From assembly GCA_963675665.1 (NCBI GenBank), contig OY776510.1, positions 2,976,001 through 3,040,000 on the forward strand: a stretch of DNA of 64,000 nt, written 5' to 3'. Under the pieces are notes generated by a model, which worked only from the letters and a program-made list of their open reading frames with translations, did no database searches and was not told where the DNA came from. This stretch comes from Spirochaetia bacterium (lineage in GTDB: Bacteria > Spirochaetota > Spirochaetia > UBA9216). The position numbers were made by a program, and so were the translations under genes. Below, piece after piece: positions 59,834-64,000 of the stretch (positions are counted from its first letter, which is position 1; the number at the start of each line of letters is the position of its first letter).

Positions 59834-60495
59834 TTATATTTCTCCGTTTTTTCAAGTAGATCCGTTACGGCCTGTCTTAACGGACTTTCGGAAGAAAGAA
59901 GTTCAAGTGCCCTTTCAAGCTGTTGCGAGGCGATCTGCGGATTCAAAAGCCCGCTGTAAATTTTCGCAAGCTCAATTCTGTTCAGCGCAAGTTCTTCCTC
60001 GAACAGGATTGAACGGCTTCGGTATTCTATTGCTTTCTGGTAATCATTTTTAACCGCGGCAATTGACGCAAGTATTCCGAGAACGCGGGGGTCTTCGGGC
60101 GCACGCGACAGGATATCCTCGCCCAGAGCGGCTGCCGCGTCTATATTATCAAGTTGAACAAGACAGCGAAGAAGCCAAATCTCCGCTTCATAGTAGTTTT
60201 CTGTTCTTTTAAGAAGCTTTTTCAGGGTATTTTCGGCCTCTTCATACCGCTCTGAAAAGAATTCCGCCTTGCCCTTCAATAGCCCGGCCTGATGAAAAGA
60301 ACTGTTTCCTTTTACAAGCGCGCTTGTCAATTTAAGGCAAAGCCCGAAGTCGGCGCGTTCATAGGCGTTTACAGCCCGGAAGTATAGATCAAGTTCCGTA
60401 CGGTCCGGCTCTGCCGGGCGGTTCAGAAAGAAGAATATTGTGACCGATAAGGCTGATGCGGCCAGAAATATAAGAAATGTTTTCTTAACTGTCAT
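59830..60495 (-). CDS. Membrane-anchored TPR protein
   Basis: N-terminal TM helix; repeated TPR-like helices (G.A.F....YEEA...L, YQKAIEY). Confidence 0.8.
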   Translation of the reverse strand: MTVKKTFLIFLAASALSVTIFFFLNRPAEPDRTELDLYFRAVNAYERADFGLCLKLTSALVKGNSSFHQAGLLKGKAEFFSERYEEAENTLKKLLKRTENYYEAEIWLLRCLVQLDNIDAAAALGEDILSRAPEDPRVLGILASIAAVKNDYQKAIEYRSRSILFEEELALNRIELAKIYSGLLNPQIASQQLERALELLSSESPLRQAVTDLLEKTEKYK

Positions 60496-60744
60496 TCACT
60501 GATGTATAATCGCTTTTTTATCTGCTGCTTCTGAAAATAAAACAATGATTGTAAAAAAATCAGATTTCAGATTACAATTGGGAAATACGGCTGATATTTT
60601 TATATATCCTTTACAAGGAATACAAAAGAAATGAACTATAATGAATTCAACGGTTTTTCCGGGTCTCAAATCGAGACGCAAAATGAATATGCGGGTGCGG
60701 AGAATACGTGTTTCCGGATCGTGATTACGGTTGTTTGCTACCTG

Positions 60745-60799
60745 TTGACAATAATAGCGAGGAAGTGTATAAAAATAATACATACCGGTAAGTCGGTAT
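60745..60799 (+). promoter_or_regulatory. tetR promoter with downstream palindromic operator
   Basis: TTGACA-N17-TATAAA followed by ATACCG-N6-CGGTAT at 60782-60799. Confidence 0.7.
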
Positions 60800-60835
60800 T
60801 TAGAATGAATGCCTTGTAATCGGAGAGGGTCGGAT

Positions 60836-61450
60836 TTGGCTGAAAACAAACCAAAAGACATCAGAAAACAGGAGATTCTGGACGCCGCTGAGAAATGTTT
60901 CGCGGAAAAGGGATTACAGGATACCAGGATTGATGATATCGCCCTGAAGGCCGGTTTGACAAAAGGCGGTATCTATTGGCATTTCAGGGACAAACGGGAA
61001 ATATATCTGGCCATGATTGACCGGCACCTGACTGCTGATCTGGAATTCTGGGAGAAGATTGTCAGTGTTGAACCTGTAACCCTGAAGTCTCTTGAAGCCG
61101 CCGGAATTCTGTATATCAGATATGCCGCGGAGAGCAGCAGTCATTTTTATCTTCATACGGAAATGCTCGCCCAGTCATTCCGGGATAATATCGTGAAAAA
61201 CAAACTGGAAAAGCTGCATTCGGACTGGAAAGTGAAAATCCGTGATTTTATTGTTTCTGTCCATGGGAGTCAGAATCGGGATCCCAAAGATTTTAATGCG
61301 GAAGGGACGGCATGTCTGCTCCTTTCCTGTCTGGAGGGATTCATTCATCAATTTTGGCTGGACCAGGCGGAGAAGAGCCTCGGTCGATATGAAAAATCAT
61401 GGATATATCTTGTCCGGAGTTTGCTTGGAGATCGGAGAAAAGAGAGATAA
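60836..61450 (+). CDS. TetR/AcrR-family regulator
   Basis: ILDAAEKCFAEKG...T.IDDIA..AGLTKGGIYWHF..K; TTG at 60836 after GGAGAGG (track start 60809). Confidence 0.92.
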   Translation: MAENKPKDIRKQEILDAAEKCFAEKGLQDTRIDDIALKAGLTKGGIYWHFRDKREIYLAMIDRHLTADLEFWEKIVSVEPVTLKSLEAAGILYIRYAAESSSHFYLHTEMLAQSFRDNIVKNKLEKLHSDWKVKIRDFIVSVHGSQNRDPKDFNAEGTACLLLSCLEGFIHQFWLDQAEKSLGRYEKSWIYLVRSLLGDRRKER

Positions 61451-61476
61451 TTCCGGTTTTTTTTGAATAGAAACAC

Positions 61477-61494
61477 ATACCAACTGGTCGGTAT
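61477..61494. promoter_or_regulatory. Second TetR operator
   Basis: ATACCAACTGGTCGGTAT, similar to the site at 60782-60799. Confidence 0.65.
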
Positions 61495-61545
61495 TACATT
61501 AGAAAAATTGAGAAATCCCTTCCGGGGATTTATAAGGAGCTGCTG

Positions 61546-62682
61546 ATGAAAAGAAGGGAAATGGGGATTATTATTACTGTGCTGAAAAAAGAAACGGGAT
61601 CGATGTGGTTTTTTCTTCTGCTGGGAAGTCTCGTCAAAAAGAGAAGGATTTTTTCCCGGACGTCATGGGCCGGGAAGGAAACAAAGGAGTCCCGCTATGT
61701 TCAGCGCCTGGCTCCCGTTGCCGCGCTGTATGGAATTCTGCTGAAGAAAATGGAGAGAGGACAGGCTTTCCGGATCATGTCGGAAATCATCGTTGCCATG
61801 GGGACATGTGAACAGTGGGAGAACCTCCGATCTCTCGGTGTCGGCGACAAAACGGGAATAGCACGGCTGAAGGCTTTTTATCATTTTATGGGAGAGGGAG
61901 GATCGGGACAGTTTGTCACAAGAAATCTGGATACGGATTCGGAGAAGTGTTTGCTTTATATTGTCCGGGACTGTCCGTTCGCGCGATTTTTCACCGAGGT
62001 CGGCTGTCCGGAACTGGCATCGTGCTTCTGCAAAATTGACAAAGCCTTCTTCCCCGCGGCCATTCCCGACTATGAATTTTCAAGAGAGAACTCCTGGAAA
62101 AATACATCAGCCTACGGACGGGATCACTGTATCTTTAAATTCACCTGGAAAGATTCTCCCGATGACTGCTATTACCGGGAGACGCCGCTGCTGGATTATA
62201 CGCATCCCTCAATCCAGATGCTCTTTGAACGGCTTGATATGCCCTATCGTTCCGATGATGAAAAAATCAGCCATTTTTATGAATTTGTCCGAAGGGAGCT
62301 GCGTCCGGTCCGCGGAAGTCAACGAAACAGGAAATCTGCATCCGAAATTTTGAAAAAGCGGAAGGGCGATGACCCGGCGAGGACAATCCTTTTCATGGCA
62401 TTGCTTCGTGCGGGGGGGATTGCCTGCCGTGTCCGTTTCTTTGCAAAGGATCGAAAATTAATGTCAAATACAGTGATATATCACCGGAATGAATGGATTT
62501 GTGCTTCCGCATGGACTGATTCTTCCGAGGGATCATCCCCGGATCCGGTCGGCTGGAAAGGAAAAGAGTGTTCCGTCGGCAGGAATGGCATTCAGGAAGA
62601 ATTCGGGGTCTTTCAGTCCCCCGACGCCTTTTTTGCGGAATATCGCGCGCAGGCATGGGGAAACGGGGCAGGGAATCATTGA
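61546..62682 (+). CDS. ATC-hydrolase-like domain fused to a degenerate transglutaminase-like domain
   Basis: CPFARFF...G.PELA..FC.ID...F, C.F.F; then ETPLLDY.HP.IQ, ASEILK...G, LFMALLRA.GI.CR. Confidence 0.7.
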   Translation: MKRREMGIIITVLKKETGSMWFFLLLGSLVKKRRIFSRTSWAGKETKESRYVQRLAPVAALYGILLKKMERGQAFRIMSEIIVAMGTCEQWENLRSLGVGDKTGIARLKAFYHFMGEGGSGQFVTRNLDTDSEKCLLYIVRDCPFARFFTEVGCPELASCFCKIDKAFFPAAIPDYEFSRENSWKNTSAYGRDHCIFKFTWKDSPDDCYYRETPLLDYTHPSIQMLFERLDMPYRSDDEKISHFYEFVRRELRPVRGSQRNRKSASEILKKRKGDDPARTILFMALLRAGGIACRVRFFAKDRKLMSNTVIYHRNEWICASAWTDSSEGSSPDPVGWKGKECSVGRNGIQEEFGVFQSPDAFFAEYRAQAWGNGAGNH

Positions 62683-62824
62683 TATTTCACAGGATTAACG
62701 GTAACACTCTTCATAACAGGAGCATAACATTGTGAGAAAGTCCGGCGAACGAAAAAACAATTGTAATTAATTCGGATAACAATATTTAAAGAATTACTAT
62801 ATAATATGAATCAAGGAGCATGGT

Positions 62825-63178
62825 ATGTTAGTTGAATTTAATAATGTTCGACAAATTCCGGATGAAGGTTTAAGGAGATGGTTTAAAGACGAGGAATTTG
62901 ACTTAATAGTCTGGTATGAGAATGATGAAATAACAGGTTTTCAGCTTTGCTATAATAAACTGAAAGAAGAAAAAGCATTAACCTGGTTTAAAAGCGGGAG
63001 CTATATTCATAATAAAATTGATGACGGAGAAGAGCCTTACTGTAATAAAATGACCCCGGTTCTGGTTCAGGACGGAGTTTTTGACAAGACGAAAATAGCT
63101 GAAAAATTCAAGCGGCATGCCGGGAATATTGAACCGGGCTTGGGTGATTTTGTGTATAATAAACTATTGGATTATTAA
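62825..63178 (+). CDS. Hypothetical protein
   Basis: AAGGAG RBS; 117 aa with RRWF.D..FDLIVW, GFQLCY, ALTW, DDGE. Confidence 0.75.
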   Translation: MLVEFNNVRQIPDEGLRRWFKDEEFDLIVWYENDEITGFQLCYNKLKEEKALTWFKSGSYIHNKIDDGEEPYCNKMTPVLVQDGVFDKTKIAEKFKRHAGNIEPGLGDFVYNKLLDY

Positions 63179-63509
63179 TACTGTTCTATTGAAACGGATC
63201 TGATAGAGATATTCCGAGCTCCATTACTGATCCGTAACAAGCCTCGAAGACCCGGCCGTTTTTGATACTTATAACGTTGCTATATGGAATTTAGGGATAT
63301 ATATGTAAATGGGCATGTAGTTGTGTTTAAAAGTAAAAAATACTGACAATTGTTTAGTATAAGTAAATATTTGTATATATTTCAGGAAGTGTAATGCAGT
63401 AATTGTTTATATAGTAAGAAAATATGTATATGTTAGATGTTTAAGATAATAAATAATAAAAGTTGATGATAATTGTAAATGATGTTATTTTATTATCGAG
63501 GAGTTTTTA

Positions 63510-64000
63510 ATGAATTTAAAGAATGGTATACCCAAGAAAATTACTCCAGATCCTATAATCGATGCAAATTTTGAAATAAGATTTCAGTCTGATTACCCTG
63601 AAAATGCAGTATTTGGGGTTATATATGGTAAAATAAGTGAAGGATATCCTGAATTTAAAAGTACTGGCATCCCTAATGAATTACGTCAAAAGGACCCAAA
63701 CTTGAGATATATGGCAGAAGCTCATATTAGTAATGAGAAATTTATTATTGGAATATCTAGCCGTACATTTTTCATAGGATGTAAAGGTGACTACAAGGGG
63801 TGGAACGATTATAAAATTGAAATTGATAGGGTTCTGAGTAATGTGTTAGATGATCCTAGAATATTTAAAAAAATTGATAGAATAGGTATGCGATATATAA
63901 ATTTCTTTCCAAATGAAAAAAGTATGAATCATACTACTGAAATGAAAATTGATTTTACAAATTCTGATGAATTTGAATTTATTAATACACAAACTCGTGT
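63510..64000 (+). CDS. TIGR04255-family protein (partial; runs off the right edge)
   Basis: Not in ORF track. GAGGAG RBS; MNLKNGIPKKITPDPIIDANFEIRF...Y.GW..Y...I.RIGMRYINF. Confidence 0.75.
   Translation, partial: MNLKNGIPKKITPDPIIDANFEIRFQSDYPENAVFGVIYGKISEGYPEFKSTGIPNELRQKDPNLRYMAEAHISNEKFIIGISSRTFFIGCKGDYKGWNDYKIEIDRVLSNVLDDPRIFKKIDRIGMRYINFFPNEKSMNHTTEMKIDFTNSDEFEFINTQTR

Noticed and set aside
60496-60861. ORFs 60496-60861 (-) and 60631-60819 (+)
   Set aside because: They overlap the tetR promoter and operator and have no recognisable features; likely non-coding
1-64000. CRISPR arrays, tRNA/rRNA genes, transposases, integrases, prophage genes
   Set aside because: None recognised; the intergenic gaps are short and show no regularly spaced repeats or cloverleaf motifs

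Overview
A mostly core-genome window from a free-living spirochaete (Spirochaetales-like). The evidence is the spirochaete-type lipoprotein signals, PPi-dependent PFK, type-2 IleRS and the murB-cysS-ECF sigma neighbourhood. Housekeeping genes include asnS, cysS, valS, ileS, pfp, manA, two acetate kinases, murB, mgtE, a DAHP synthase, arginine deiminase and hisH/hisF, interspersed with many acidic lipoproteins. No rRNA, tRNA, CRISPR array, transposase or integrase was seen. The most striking locus is a 12.8-kb minus-strand operon (47684-60495) of eight overlapping genes: TPR protein, lipoprotein, TolC, long-hairpin MFP, two multi-Ig (Big_5-like) lipoproteins and two divergent RND permeases. It looks like a tripartite RND machine with dedicated accessory lipoproteins. 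Other notable items are: an RCK K+ channel coupled to a stand-alone cNMP-binding protein; an ECF/anti-sigma/transglutaminase/dual-cNMP cluster; a TetR with two matching operators next to a hydrolase-transglutaminase fusion that has lost its catalytic Cys; a signal-peptide-bearing PIMT-like protein; a Cys-rich acetate kinase tail; an unannotated 44-aa membrane peptide; three hairpins upstream of valS; and an AT-rich accessory segment at the right edge. All family assignments come from motif recognition by eye; no database searches were run.
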